Shown here piece by piece: positions 14,597 through 24,633 of a stretch of DNA of 30,367 nucleotides. How positions within the stretch are numbered: position 1 is the stretch's first letter; every line of letters begins with the position of its first letter. This DNA is from a virus (Duplodnaviria > Caudoviricetes). The position numbers were made by a program, and so were the translations under genes. The stretch spans positions 1 through 30,367 of the IMG/VR virus record IMGVR_UViG_3300005404_000020, one strand, 5' to 3'. The notes beneath the pieces are model-generated. The model did no database searches, had not been told where the DNA came from, and saw nothing but the letters and a program-made list of their open reading frames with translations.

Positions 14597-17500
14597 CTAG
14601 AAAGATGCTACAGCTCTGATATCCTGAACTTTAGGAACAAATGCGGGATCTACACTACTCATTATAACTTTAACAGCAAATGAACTAAATTCTTCTAAGT
14701 CAGAAACACTATATTTAAGATCTTGATATGCAGATTGCTTCTCTACAACACTAGAAATACTATTTTCACTAGTTGCTAATTCTAAAACATCTGGTAATCC
14801 AGTTTCATTGAAGAATATCCAATCTAAATCTTCAAAGTTTTCTTGACTAGATGCTTTCTTTAACTTATAAAGAACCTGTATATCTGCTACATCTTTAACA
14901 GTTGCTGTAAGATGAACATCTATAGATGTTGCAGGATTATTAATTACAATTTCTTTAGTTACATACTTAGCAACAGAAGAACCATTTTTAGATCTATCTT
15001 CTCTTACAAAATCAATACCATTTGTATAAGATAATTTACCAACTTCTAGGTAACTAGCTTCTTCATCTGGTTGATTTGGATATTTAATAAAGTCACCTAC
15101 ACGGAAGATGTCAACAAGTTGATCACCAGTAACTGCATTTCTATTGTATAGTACATTTGTATTAATGGCATCTGTATAGTTGTCATTAATAGGTTTAGTA
15201 TCAGCTCTTAAAGTTAATTCTTGAGTCTGACTATTCCATATAGTTGTCTTACCAGTTATAACATTATCATAAGTTTCAAGTATAATACTTGGATTACGTG
15301 CTACTACAGTAGCAGCATCATCTATTTGTGTAAAGAACTGTATTGGATTAGAATCAACTGTAACAGAATCTAACTGTGTTTGATTTCCTAAATCAACTGT
15401 CTCTCCTTTTTGGAAGAATTGAGTAGTCTTAACTCTTACATAAACAACACTACCATTAACTCTAGCAATTGTTCCTGTAGTCTTAGATGTTTTTCCTACT
15501 ATAGTTTGTTCAGTTTGTATTTCAGTTCCACCATTACCAGCAAGTTGGAATTGGTATACAGGATAGAACTCAATAACTTGATCTCTTCTACCAAACCTAT
15601 CTTCATTACCATGTGCTTTTTCTATTCTGTTAGTAACTGTTTTAACAGTTGCACTTGAAAGATCAATAATTGGACTCAAATGAGACGCAGTAGATGAGAT
15701 AGACATCTTATACATTAATGAACCAGAAAGAGTATTAAGAGTTTCATTAATATCAGAAGCAACTATCTTCTGATTTGTAAAGTAATGTGGTTCATTTAAG
15801 AATGTCTTTTCATAATCAGTTTGTGAATATGAAGTATAATTCAACGTTGAAGAATCAACAGGAACTACATTTGTAGTTTTAACACTGGTGTCTAATGTTG
15901 TTCCAGTAAATGTTAGATAATGTATTTGAGGATATAAAGTCTCAAATTTTCTATTGTGACTTGCGTATACCATACTTCCACCACCAACAGAGTTTCCAGC
16001 AGCTGAAGTTGGAGAATTGATATTATAACTATCAACACCAGAATTACTTACTTGGAATAAGTTACTGTTAATAGTAGATGCAGTAACACCACCTGTTGCT
16101 GTAGCAGTTCTATAGAATACATAAGATTTTCCACTATCTTCAAATCCATGATCTCTATGATTAACTTTCAATATTGCATTATTATTTTTAAATAATTTTG
16201 ATTGTGAAGCAGAAGAAGAACTTGCATTAGTTTCTAATGGATTTACATCCAAAAGTTCATAACCAACGCTATCATTCTTAAGAACTAATTCAGCTGGTCT
16301 AGAAGTATCAAATTCTGCACGATATAATTTAAACTTAAGATCTTCAAAATTATCTTCTGTCCAACTTTCAGTATTCTGAGAACGGTATACCGAACCTAAA
16401 GATGGTTGAGTTGTGATGACCGTACTTGTAGAAATATCAACTTCAGATAATCTAGAAACCCATAATTCATAATCAGTAGAATCTGTTTCTACAATAAGAG
16501 CATATTCAGTATCATTCTGTAGATATACTGGATAATCAAAACCGAAATGTGATGGTGTAGTAGAGTTTGTAACTTCACCTGAATCGGTTGCTACGCCCAT
16601 TCTAACAGCAGGAGTATCTATTTCTATATAAGTTTGAATTTCACATCCTCCAGCACCATTACCAACGCCTTTAACAACAACTGATGGTGCTTCTGTATAT
16701 CCAATACCACTTAAAGAAATCTCAGCATTATAAATTTTTCCACCAGATACTTCTATAGAAGCTGTTGCAGTGGATCCACCTGGAAGTTGAGGACTTTCAA
16801 TAGTTAAAATAGCACTATCATAATTCTGTCCTGTGTTAGTTACTTTAATATCAGAAACCTTACCACTATCTTTTGCTATTGCTAAAACAAGACTTGTTCC
16901 ATCAAGTGCATTAGATGTAGTTATAGAAGGAACAATTAAATCTTCATTAGATTTGAATGATCTTCCATTGTGATTACTTAATACAACTGTGTATACTTGC
17001 TCATTAGTAAGACTATACTTACCAGATGCAGTAGCAACTAACTCAACATTATTCTTGTCAAATATTTTAAGTATAGGACCAGAAGCAGCAGAAGAAGTAC
17101 CAGTTACATTTTCTCCTTTATATACTGCTAAATTACCACTAGCATAACACCTAAGGAAAGTATTTGGTGATAATACTTTTTCACTACCAGGAACAATGTT
17201 CTTAGCAGGTTTTTCAGAATCTACATTAGTAATGTATGTCTTAACTGGAATGTTAGTGCTCTTCTTATTGAAATAAAGATCTACACCAGTTACAAAACAA
17301 CCACCATCTAAGTTTTCTATCTTAAATGTTTGTGCAAGAGGATTAGGTCTTATAGGATTATCAGTATTACTTTCAATTAACTGAACACCTTCATTTGATT
17401 TAAAGATAGATGGTTTTGTAGAAACAATACTAGAAGGATTTTCTGGAAGAAGACCAGTAGCATAATATTTAATCTCTGTATAACTATCAACTAATTCCTT

Positions 17501-20500
17501 ACTTTCATTAGTTTCACTTGATGTAAATCTAAATGTTAATATTCCAGATGTTACAGAAACTTCTTCTGCACTGGTATCATATCCAACTGTATTAACATCA
17601 CCAGTCCATGTAGTATTTTCAAGTGGTGGATGACCAGATGGTAGTATAATAATACCACTAGCATTACCATATTCATCAGTGACTATTTCACCATTAAATG
17701 CTGAAGGTGAATTACCAGCAATTCCAGTAAATCTAAGATCTGGATTAATCCAACGACCAATATTTCTACCCTCTAAGAATGTGTAAATCTTAGTATTGGG
17801 TTTCATTCTCTTAATAACAAATTTTACAGGAACACTTCTAGCAAAGAATGAAAGTGATGTAGAAACTAAACTATCTCCAACACTCTTAGTTTGAATACCT
17901 TTACCTACTTCATTATTTTGTGGACTAATATTAGAAGAACTACCTACAGAAGCACTAGCAACAGAAGTAGTAGCTTCTTGTGTGTTTACTAATCCAAGAG
18001 AATTGATTGTTGTAAATGATGTAGAAGTTCCAACCCAGTTAACTACAAAAGAATTATAGAGACTTGAGAAACTTTCTTTTACATTATCCTTTGCTAAGAA
18101 AATACTAAACAAATCAGTATTTGTATCAACAACTAATGGTTCTTCATTTTGATCGTACCAATGATCAACAGAAGGAGATACTTCACCATCTCCAACATAC
18201 TGGAGAACAACAAATGGATTTGGATTTAATGTCTTAGATGCAAAATCATTTCCAAGTAAAGATAGATGTGTATATGGAAGAGTTACCATATCACCAGACT
18301 TCTTGTAACCAGAAACTGATCTCTGATCATTTCTAACATTAACTTCAGTTAGAGATATAGAATCTTCTTTTGATTGAGGACGTAATACAGACTGTTGACT
18401 ATCAATAGCACATCTATAATCTAAGGAAGAAAGATTACCAACTTTATGTGCTTCAAAATTATCTACAAAGAATCCTGATTTGAATCTATCTAATCCAATC
18501 TCATCCTTAACCTGCATGTTAAGAGCTTGCTGTTCTAATATGCTAAGAGTTGTATAGTATTCAAGACGTTCAATACGTTTTTCTAACTTACCAATATCCT
18601 TCATCGTATAACGACGATTGTCAACTGGTGTTATACGTACATCTTTACTTGTCTTCGTAAATGCTGGAACATATGCATAGAAAAGTGCAACAGCATCATC
18701 AATAGGATCTGGTTTTGATGGATTGAGTGAAGAATTACCTTCTTTAACTACAAAGTTTCCTTTCTTATCTAAGAATATACCATCAATACGATCTAAGTAT
18801 TGAGACTGACTAAACGAGAATGTATATTCTAGATTAGTATCTGGAGCTGGAGTGCTAGAAACTACTGCACCTGCACCAGAGAATGATCCCGTGGTTACTT
18901 CTAAAGTAGACTTATCTAAGAAACCTGGAATAATAGCATCAGTATCAACCTTAGGTCTGAAATCAATTACATTCTTAAGTTCTAAATTACCATGAACTGA
19001 AGAATTGAATGTTGGAATTTCATCTTCTGGTACACCTGCATCATGCAAGTAACTATCAATAGTAATGAAATCTCCTTGTGATTGCTCAAAATAATCAAAA
19101 GCAATAAGTAATTGACCAGAAGCAGGTTCAAAACCTGGTTTTAGAACAATACGAGACACATCATATATTGTATCTCTCTGTCCATTATCAAATGTATAGT
19201 TATTAGTAACGTCAGTTCCTGAAATTAGATTACCAGCTGTATCTACAGTTGGTGGTTGACTTGCAGTACCCTCATAAACATATCTAAGTTTATATGCATC
19301 AGAATAAGATAGTGTTTCTACAACCTCAGTATCGTAATCACCTCCTCTAAATGGAACAACACGATCACCAGCAGATGATATAACAAGTCTCTTATTCTTA
19401 ATTGCAGTTTTTAATCTTGGTTTTGCATTCTCAACTTCAAGAGTTGCAGTCAACTTAAGTTTAGGGAATGTACCATTAGATGGAACCGTTCCAAAGTAAT
19501 TTGATGGTAACTGTAAACTAATACTACCAGATGTAAGACCACTTGCAGTATCAGTAGAAGATGTAATTTCTACTGCATTGTTATCAACATAAACAATATC
19601 ACCTTTTGCAATATCAGGAGCATCACCTGGATCAAGTACAGTAACTATAAAATTACTTTCAGTGAATGCTGCAAATCTTTGTGTACCAAATGGTAATTGA
19701 GCAGCAAAGGTAACCATACCACCACCAGAGGAAGCAGTAGTTACAAAATCTCTACGGAAGTAATATTTAATCTTAGTATCATCTCCACCAGCAGAAACTT
19801 TTGATACCTGTCTACTTCCTGTTGGATAGATAAGACTTCCAGAATTTGTATTCTGTAGTTTTGGACGTAAACGAACAATACTTGTATTAGTTACATCTCC
19901 TGGTAATGCTGTATCAAAATAAATTCTACTCTTAGAAGATCCTTCTTGCTTAGTAGCATATTGTACAATAGCACGAACTAAATTATTTGATTCATCAGAG
20001 AATTGAATTAAATCTCCTTGCTGTACTAAAATAGAAGCATCAGCACTGAAACTAGTAGACTCAATAAAGCTAGATCCTTGTGAACCAAAGAATGTATAAT
20101 TTGTTACACTCTTGATTTCTGAAAATACTTGACTATCTACAACAACATCTGCAGAGAAGTTATTTGCATTTCCAGATCCATAAGCACAACCAACTGATTT
20201 AACATTCTGTGGTGTGTATGTAGTTACACTATTACTAAACAATACAGGGACTACAGCAGATGCAGCACTTGGAGTTGCAGCACCATCAGGTTGTTTTACT
20301 GTTATAGCTGGAGGTTGTGCATATTCTATATCTACTGCCCGTCTATTAACAATCCTTGCAGAATATATTTTACCATCAGTAGTCTTCTCAAGTTCAATCT
20401 TAGAAGCATCAAACTCAGTTCCATTGATTAACAACGATACTCCATCTGCATATCCTAATCCTCTATTCTGAACAACAAAGTGAGAAAGAGTATTGTCAGT

Positions 20501-22693
20501 AGCAATTCTTACTGTGTTTCCATCTTCATCTCTAAGAGTTTCTCCAGATTTAAACTTACCAGAAAGAGTTTTAACAAATAATATTTGATTTGTAGAATAT
20601 AAACCACTAGCAGATCCTTCAACAACACCATATGCATTACTATTGATTCCAGTTACATACATACCCTCATCAAAAGGATTAGTTCCACTTGGAACAGACT
20701 CTAAAATAATTCTGGTAAAGAACTGAGGATCAAAATAAGAGAATCCAAATGTAGTATTATATGCAGCAGTACCTTGTCCTAAACGACCTTTAGAAAGAAT
20801 AATATCTGAATCTGAATTAAAACCAGATCCCCTTTCCTGTAAGTAGAAGTTACTTGGTTTTGCTTTACCTACTATAGGAGTGATTGTATTTTGATAATCT
20901 ACAATATGTCCAAAAGCTTCTGCTCCTGTTTGTGCATCAGATTCTGTAAGATAGATTCTTCTGAAAAATTCAGGATCAGATGAATCATACTCAAGAAGTA
21001 ATAATTCTAATTCATTCTTCTTACCATATACTGTTAATTCTAAGAATTGAACAGATGAAGAAGCATTAATGAGTGGTTTATTAATCGTTGCAAATGAAAT
21101 AGTCTTAAATGATCCAATAGCAGTTGGTGATCCTACATCACTTCTAGTCTTGATAAAATAAAGAGTTCCAAACTGACTTTGGAATGTTGCATCTGTTACT
21201 GCACCAATAAGAGTTACTGGATTTGTAATCTGTAAAGTGATCGTTTTTATACCATCATCAACACTAAAATTTTCACCTCTTCTATTAACAGTTTGTCTGT
21301 GATCTGTTGGATTCTCAGTATTATTCAATCCTACAGTACCATCATTAAATGTACTGTATAAAAATACATCAGGATATGCAGTAAGATCAGATCCTTCTTT
21401 GTTTAAAGGAACACTACCATAAACGTTAGTAACGTTAAAAGTTGGTAAACCTTTACTCTTTAAATTTACATTATCAGTAGAAAGACTTTCTCTTGCTTTA
21501 TTAATCTCAAGATACTTAGTCTCTTTATTGACAATCTCATAACCTTTAATATACGCTTTACCTGGTCCTATACTTGCAACCATCTTTCTGGAAGCTTCAG
21601 AAGCATTATATCCATTATAAAGATCAAATATGTCAGCACCATAAAGACCTCTATTACCATCTTTCTGTGCCCACTCTCTCACATCAACATCAAAATTATC
21701 TACAACATAATCTCCAGACTCATCAAATGTTCTGCGAGCAAGAGTTTGTTCTAATACACTAAAATCTGTAGATTCAATCTTTCTTTGAATAACTCCTCTT
21801 GAAACTGTTAGGAGTTGAATAAAATTCTTATCTGTAATTGCATCAAGAGCAAATTCTTTTAACTCAAGAGATATCTTAAGTCTATGAGCTCCAGGTGCTG
21901 TGTAGTTTGCAGAACCAATAGAATTATCATATAAAGTTGATTCTTCTTCAGGAGTTACAATTTCCTCTTTAATAGTAAATCCAACTTTTGCAGATGGTTT
22001 ATCATAATACTCATCAATGACAAGTAATGCTTCATCATTACGAACAAAATATCCATTAACAAAGTAAATACCTTCTTCTACTTTAACAGCAGAACCATAA
22101 CCCATTGCAGAACTTTCAAGAGAAGTAGTTTCTCCAGTATCAGGGTTAGTTACTTGAATACTCGTAGGAAGTACACTACCGTCTGTACCTACCACGAGTA
22201 AAGGAGTATTGACACCATCAACAACTTCTAGAGTTTCACCTTGCCTAAAAGTTGGTTCTGTGTTTGAATTACCACTATTAATATAACTAACAAATAATGT
22301 ATCAGCAGAACTTTCTGTTGCTAATTTTGTAGCTGCTACTGTAGCAAGAACACCAGAAGTTAAACCTTTCAACTGCTGACCAACTAGCTGAGAAATGTCG
22401 TACTTCTTATAAACGATATCAGTTCCATCACTTACCGCTACTTCTGAAACAGAAGATAGTTTGACGTAATCTAATTTCGTATTTAATCCTACTTCACCAG
22501 GTATGACAAGTTCACCTTGTTTAAAGGCATACTTACCAAAACTTTCTACTTGGTTCTGTAGAATAGATTGTAATTGTGTTAACTCTCTTGTTTGAATAGA
22601 GTATCCTGGACGAAATAGAATTTTATAAAAATTCTTATTCGCATCAAAATCCTCGTAATAAGGGCTTACATTCAGGTTGGTCTTCTGAGGCAT
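14597..22693 (-). CDS. DUF4815 / VrlC-like large virion structural protein (2698 aa)
   Basis: Recognisable motifs: N-terminal NLNVSPYYEDFD..FYKILFRPG..Q.RELTQLQS, LARRTFDESGDY, RRYTMKDIGKLEKRIERLEYYT, DRFKSGFFVDNF, NPLAQTF. GGAG Shine-Dalgarno at 22699-22702. Confidence 0.9.
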   Translation of the reverse strand: MPQKTNLNVSPYYEDFDANKNFYKILFRPGYSIQTRELTQLQSILQNQVESFGKYAFKQGELVIPGEVGLNTKLDYVKLSSVSEVAVSDGTDIVYKKYDISQLVGQQLKGLTSGVLATVAATKLATESSADTLFVSYINSGNSNTEPTFRQGETLEVVDGVNTPLLVVGTDGSVLPTSIQVTNPDTGETTSLESSAMGYGSAVKVEEGIYFVNGYFVRNDEALLVIDEYYDKPSAKVGFTIKEEIVTPEEESTLYDNSIGSANYTAPGAHRLKISLELKEFALDAITDKNFIQLLTVSRGVIQRKIESTDFSVLEQTLARRTFDESGDYVVDNFDVDVREWAQKDGNRGLYGADIFDLYNGYNASEASRKMVASIGPGKAYIKGYEIVNKETKYLEINKARESLSTDNVNLKSKGLPTFNVTNVYGSVPLNKEGSDLTAYPDVFLYSTFNDGTVGLNNTENPTDHRQTVNRRGENFSVDDGIKTITLQITNPVTLIGAVTDATFQSQFGTLYFIKTRSDVGSPTAIGSFKTISFATINKPLINASSSVQFLELTVYGKKNELELLLLEYDSSDPEFFRRIYLTESDAQTGAEAFGHIVDYQNTITPIVGKAKPSNFYLQERGSGFNSDSDIILSKGRLGQGTAAYNTTFGFSYFDPQFFTRIILESVPSGTNPFDEGMYVTGINSNAYGVVEGSASGLYSTNQILFVKTLSGKFKSGETLRDEDGNTVRIATDNTLSHFVVQNRGLGYADGVSLLINGTEFDASKIELEKTTDGKIYSARIVNRRAVDIEYAQPPAITVKQPDGAATPSAASAVVPVLFSNSVTTYTPQNVKSVGCAYGSGNANNFSADVVVDSQVFSEIKSVTNYTFFGSQGSSFIESTSFSADASILVQQGDLIQFSDESNNLVRAIVQYATKQEGSSKSRIYFDTALPGDVTNTSIVRLRPKLQNTNSGSLIYPTGSRQVSKVSAGGDDTKIKYYFRRDFVTTASSGGGMVTFAAQLPFGTQRFAAFTESNFIVTVLDPGDAPDIAKGDIVYVDNNAVEITSSTDTASGLTSGSISLQLPSNYFGTVPSNGTFPKLKLTATLEVENAKPRLKTAIKNKRLVISSAGDRVVPFRGGDYDTEVVETLSYSDAYKLRYVYEGTASQPPTVDTAGNLISGTDVTNNYTFDNGQRDTIYDVSRIVLKPGFEPASGQLLIAFDYFEQSQGDFITIDSYLHDAGVPEDEIPTFNSSVHGNLELKNVIDFRPKVDTDAIIPGFLDKSTLEVTTGSFSGAGAVVSSTPAPDTNLEYTFSFSQSQYLDRIDGIFLDKKGNFVVKEGNSSLNPSKPDPIDDAVALFYAYVPAFTKTSKDVRITPVDNRRYTMKDIGKLEKRIERLEYYTTLSILEQQALNMQVKDEIGLDRFKSGFFVDNFEAHKVGNLSSLDYRCAIDSQQSVLRPQSKEDSISLTEVNVRNDQRSVSGYKKSGDMVTLPYTHLSLLGNDFASKTLNPNPFVVLQYVGDGEVSPSVDHWYDQNEEPLVVDTNTDLFSIFLAKDNVKESFSSLYNSFVVNWVGTSTSFTTINSLGLVNTQEATTSVASASVGSSSNISPQNNEVGKGIQTKSVGDSLVSTSLSFFARSVPVKFVIKRMKPNTKIYTFLEGRNIGRWINPDLRFTGIAGNSPSAFNGEIVTDEYGNASGIIILPSGHPPLENTTWTGDVNTVGYDTSAEEVSVTSGILTFRFTSSETNESKELVDSYTEIKYYATGLLPENPSSIVSTKPSIFKSNEGVQLIESNTDNPIRPNPLAQTFKIENLDGGCFVTGVDLYFNKKSTNIPVKTYITNVDSEKPAKNIVPGSEKVLSPNTFLRCYASGNLAVYKGENVTGTSSAASGPILKIFDKNNVELVATASGKYSLTNEQVYTVVLSNHNGRSFKSNEDLIVPSITTSNALDGTSLVLAIAKDSGKVSDIKVTNTGQNYDSAILTIESPQLPGGSTATASIEVSGGKIYNAEISLSGIGYTEAPSVVVKGVGNGAGGCEIQTYIEIDTPAVRMGVATDSGEVTNSTTPSHFGFDYPVYLQNDTEYALIVETDSTDYELWVSRLSEVDISTSTVITTQPSLGSVYRSQNTESWTEDNFEDLKFKLYRAEFDTSRPAELVLKNDSVGYELLDVNPLETNASSSSASQSKLFKNNNAILKVNHRDHGFEDSGKSYVFYRTATATGGVTASTINSNLFQVSNSGVDSYNINSPTSAAGNSVGGGSMVYASHNRKFETLYPQIHYLTFTGTTLDTSVKTTNVVPVDSSTLNYTSYSQTDYEKTFLNEPHYFTNQKIVASDINETLNTLSGSLMYKMSISSTASHLSPIIDLSSATVKTVTNRIEKAHGNEDRFGRRDQVIEFYPVYQFQLAGNGGTEIQTEQTIVGKTSKTTGTIARVNGSVVYVRVKTTQFFQKGETVDLGNQTQLDSVTVDSNPIQFFTQIDDAATVVARNPSIILETYDNVITGKTTIWNSQTQELTLRADTKPINDNYTDAINTNVLYNRNAVTGDQLVDIFRVGDFIKYPNQPDEEASYLEVGKLSYTNGIDFVREDRSKNGSSVAKYVTKEIVINNPATSIDVHLTATVKDVADIQVLYKLKKASSQENFEDLDWIFFNETGLPDVLELATSENSISSVVEKQSAYQDLKYSVSDLEEFSSFAVKVIMSSVDPAFVPKVQDIRAVASF

Positions 22694-22746
22694 CTCTACT
22701 CCACCAGTTATACTAGTATTCTCTCAGGAGTATTTAGCAGAGATGC
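22690..22746 (-). promoter_or_regulatory. Predicted mRNA hairpin sequestering the RBS/AUG of the 2698-aa gene
   Basis: mRNA GCAUCUCUGCU (22746-22736) pairs with AGUAGAGAUGC (22700-22690), 11 bp with one G-U. Alternatively GCAUCUC plus UACUCC pairs with GGAGUAGAGAUGC, 13 bp with a 7-nt bulge. Confidence 0.6.
22731..22738 (-). promoter_or_regulatory. T4-type late promoter (GCTAAATA) upstream of the 2698-aa gene
   Basis: CTAAATA motif in the 60-bp intergenic gap, 37 nt before the ATG, the same distance as at 9643. Confidence 0.75.
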
Positions 22747-22753
22747 GAGGGTG

Positions 22754-24568
22754 TTAGAACTCAATAACTAACTTAATGTCTTCAATTTGGTCAGGAGCAC
22801 GAGTAATTAGTCTTCTATTCTCAACGTATATTACGTTTCCAGAGTTGTTCTCAATCTCAGGAGTAGCAAGACCACTTGCGAATGTAACACCTAAAAGTGC
22901 ACTACCATAACTTGTATTTACTGTACCAGAAGCAGCAGAAGCTTCACCAGTAATAGCGTTAGATCCATTACTTTCAAAAGCTCTTACAACACCTTGATCG
23001 GTATGAGCATCATTTGTTTGGATGTACTTAAGAACACCAGCAGTTGTTGAACCACTATCTAATGTCCATGATACAACTGTACCTTCTGCAGTACCACCAG
23101 TTACGGTTTGTGTAATCTTTTCATCAACACTAAAGTCTGCGGTTGCACCACTTATCTTAACTGCTTTCAATCCAGATAATGTATCAGCAGTTGCAAATGT
23201 TGTTGTACCATAGTTATATGGATCAGCAATAATACCAATTCTACGGAAGTCGTTATCTACAGGGAAGTCTCCAGAACCTTCAGCATATGTTAGACGAATG
23301 TTTGTCATAACACGCTTACCATTCAATTCTGTCTCATGATCTGCACCATGACCACCTTCAGGAGGTAGAACAATTTCAATTGAACCAGTTGCAGAACCAC
23401 CAGTTGTTACAGCACTTGACAATCCTGAGTTAGAGAATAAGTTACCATTACCTAAAAGAACATTAGCATATGTATAACCTGATCCACGAGCTTCTATCTC
23501 AGCAGATGTAATATTACCAGCACCATTAGTTACAAACTTAACTTTACCGCCTGTACCATCTCCTTGAACTGCAGTGTATAGAGTTTGAGAAGCAGGAAGG
23601 TTTGCACCAGCATCTTCAATCAAAGCAACATCAACAGCACCAGCAACAGCAGCACCAGTAACAGCAGTTCTAGAAGCGTTAGCTGGAAGAACGATTGGCA
23701 TAAAGTCTGAAGAAAGGAACTTCAATACATCATCAGTTGGGATGGTGTACATATACTTCCAAATATACTTAGCACCAGTTGTCTCTGTATAAAGACCTGT
23801 AGCAGAAGCATAGTTACCACCTGCAGTAGTTGGTTCTTCAGTAGCGTTTTGTCCAGTTGTGTTAGAAGGATCCTCTCCATTATAAAGACACTTGAATACT
23901 TCGTATGCAGAGTTCATTACATAGAACTTAGAATCAGCAATACTATTTGCACCAGATGCTGACTGTTTACCTATTTGACCACCGCCACCTGGTGTAGCAG
24001 AATAGTCAGGTTTCCAACTGTCAAACTTAGGGTTAGCAACTAAGTCCCAGTTATAACGACGAATTACAGTACGTGCAAATGAATTAGTAATACGCTTGGC
24101 AGCAATCAATTCGTCATATAGATTAATCTTTTCTCTTTGGTTGTCTAGTGGTAGAGGTGGAACATCCTCTGTAGCGTAGCGATATACACCAGACTTTGCT
24201 TCAGCACCTGTGTCGGATCCACCAGCACCTCCAGTTCTACCTTTAAGGTCTGAACCAAGAGCTGGTGCGGAATTTATACCGTTGCTGCCAAAAACGTCGG
24301 TCAAAAGGAGGGCACTATCATAAACTGCAGCAACTGTGGCACGGAAAGTAGTGGAACCATACGTTCCAACATACACTTCGTTACCAACTACAAAAGCCGT
24401 TGAGTTTTTGGAATATACTTCCAAATATGCTTTCCATGGTTGTGGTCTTCCCACAAAGAAGTACATTCTAGATCGCTCTGCACTAGTGTCATTGGGACCT
24501 TCTGTGAGAGATTCTAAAAATTGTTTAGCATTAAAGATCCTAAACTTATCAGAGATAATAGCAGCCAT
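22754..24568 (-). CDS. gp8: Baseplate wedge subunit gp8 (604 aa)
   Basis: MAAIISDKFRIFNAKQF, YFFVGRPQPW, VIRRYNW, FYVMNS.YEVFKCLYN, YIWKYMYTIP, NDFRRIGII.DP and C-terminal IYVENR..ITRA.DQIEDIKLVIEF are typical of T4-like cyanophage gp8. It follows gp7. Confidence 0.92.
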   Translation of the reverse strand: MAAIISDKFRIFNAKQFLESLTEGPNDTSAERSRMYFFVGRPQPWKAYLEVYSKNSTAFVVGNEVYVGTYGSTTFRATVAAVYDSALLLTDVFGSNGINSAPALGSDLKGRTGGAGGSDTGAEAKSGVYRYATEDVPPLPLDNQREKINLYDELIAAKRITNSFARTVIRRYNWDLVANPKFDSWKPDYSATPGGGGQIGKQSASGANSIADSKFYVMNSAYEVFKCLYNGEDPSNTTGQNATEEPTTAGGNYASATGLYTETTGAKYIWKYMYTIPTDDVLKFLSSDFMPIVLPANASRTAVTGAAVAGAVDVALIEDAGANLPASQTLYTAVQGDGTGGKVKFVTNGAGNITSAEIEARGSGYTYANVLLGNGNLFSNSGLSSAVTTGGSATGSIEIVLPPEGGHGADHETELNGKRVMTNIRLTYAEGSGDFPVDNDFRRIGIIADPYNYGTTTFATADTLSGLKAVKISGATADFSVDEKITQTVTGGTAEGTVVSWTLDSGSTTAGVLKYIQTNDAHTDQGVVRAFESNGSNAITGEASAASGTVNTSYGSALLGVTFASGLATPEIENNSGNVIYVENRRLITRAPDQIEDIKLVIEF

Positions 24569-24607
24569 TGTTTTTCTGTTCCGACGATTTGTAGTTTGTG
24601 CCTGAGT

Positions 24608-24633
24608 TATTTATATTTATAGCAATATTTAGC
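24608..24633 (-). promoter_or_regulatory. Cluster of late promoter motifs before gp8: TATAAATA at 24608-24615 and 24614-24621, GCTAAATA at 24626-24633
   Basis: Two overlapping perfect T4 late consensus octamers, plus a variant overlapping the gp7 stop codon. Confidence 0.85.

Noticed and set aside
14597-22693. Virulence function implied by the VrlC name
   Set aside because: The name is historical; context here indicates a virion structural protein.
22710-22719. 10-bp palindrome ATACTAGTAT in the intergenic gap
   Set aside because: A single short AT-rich palindrome with no second copy noticed, compatible with chance.
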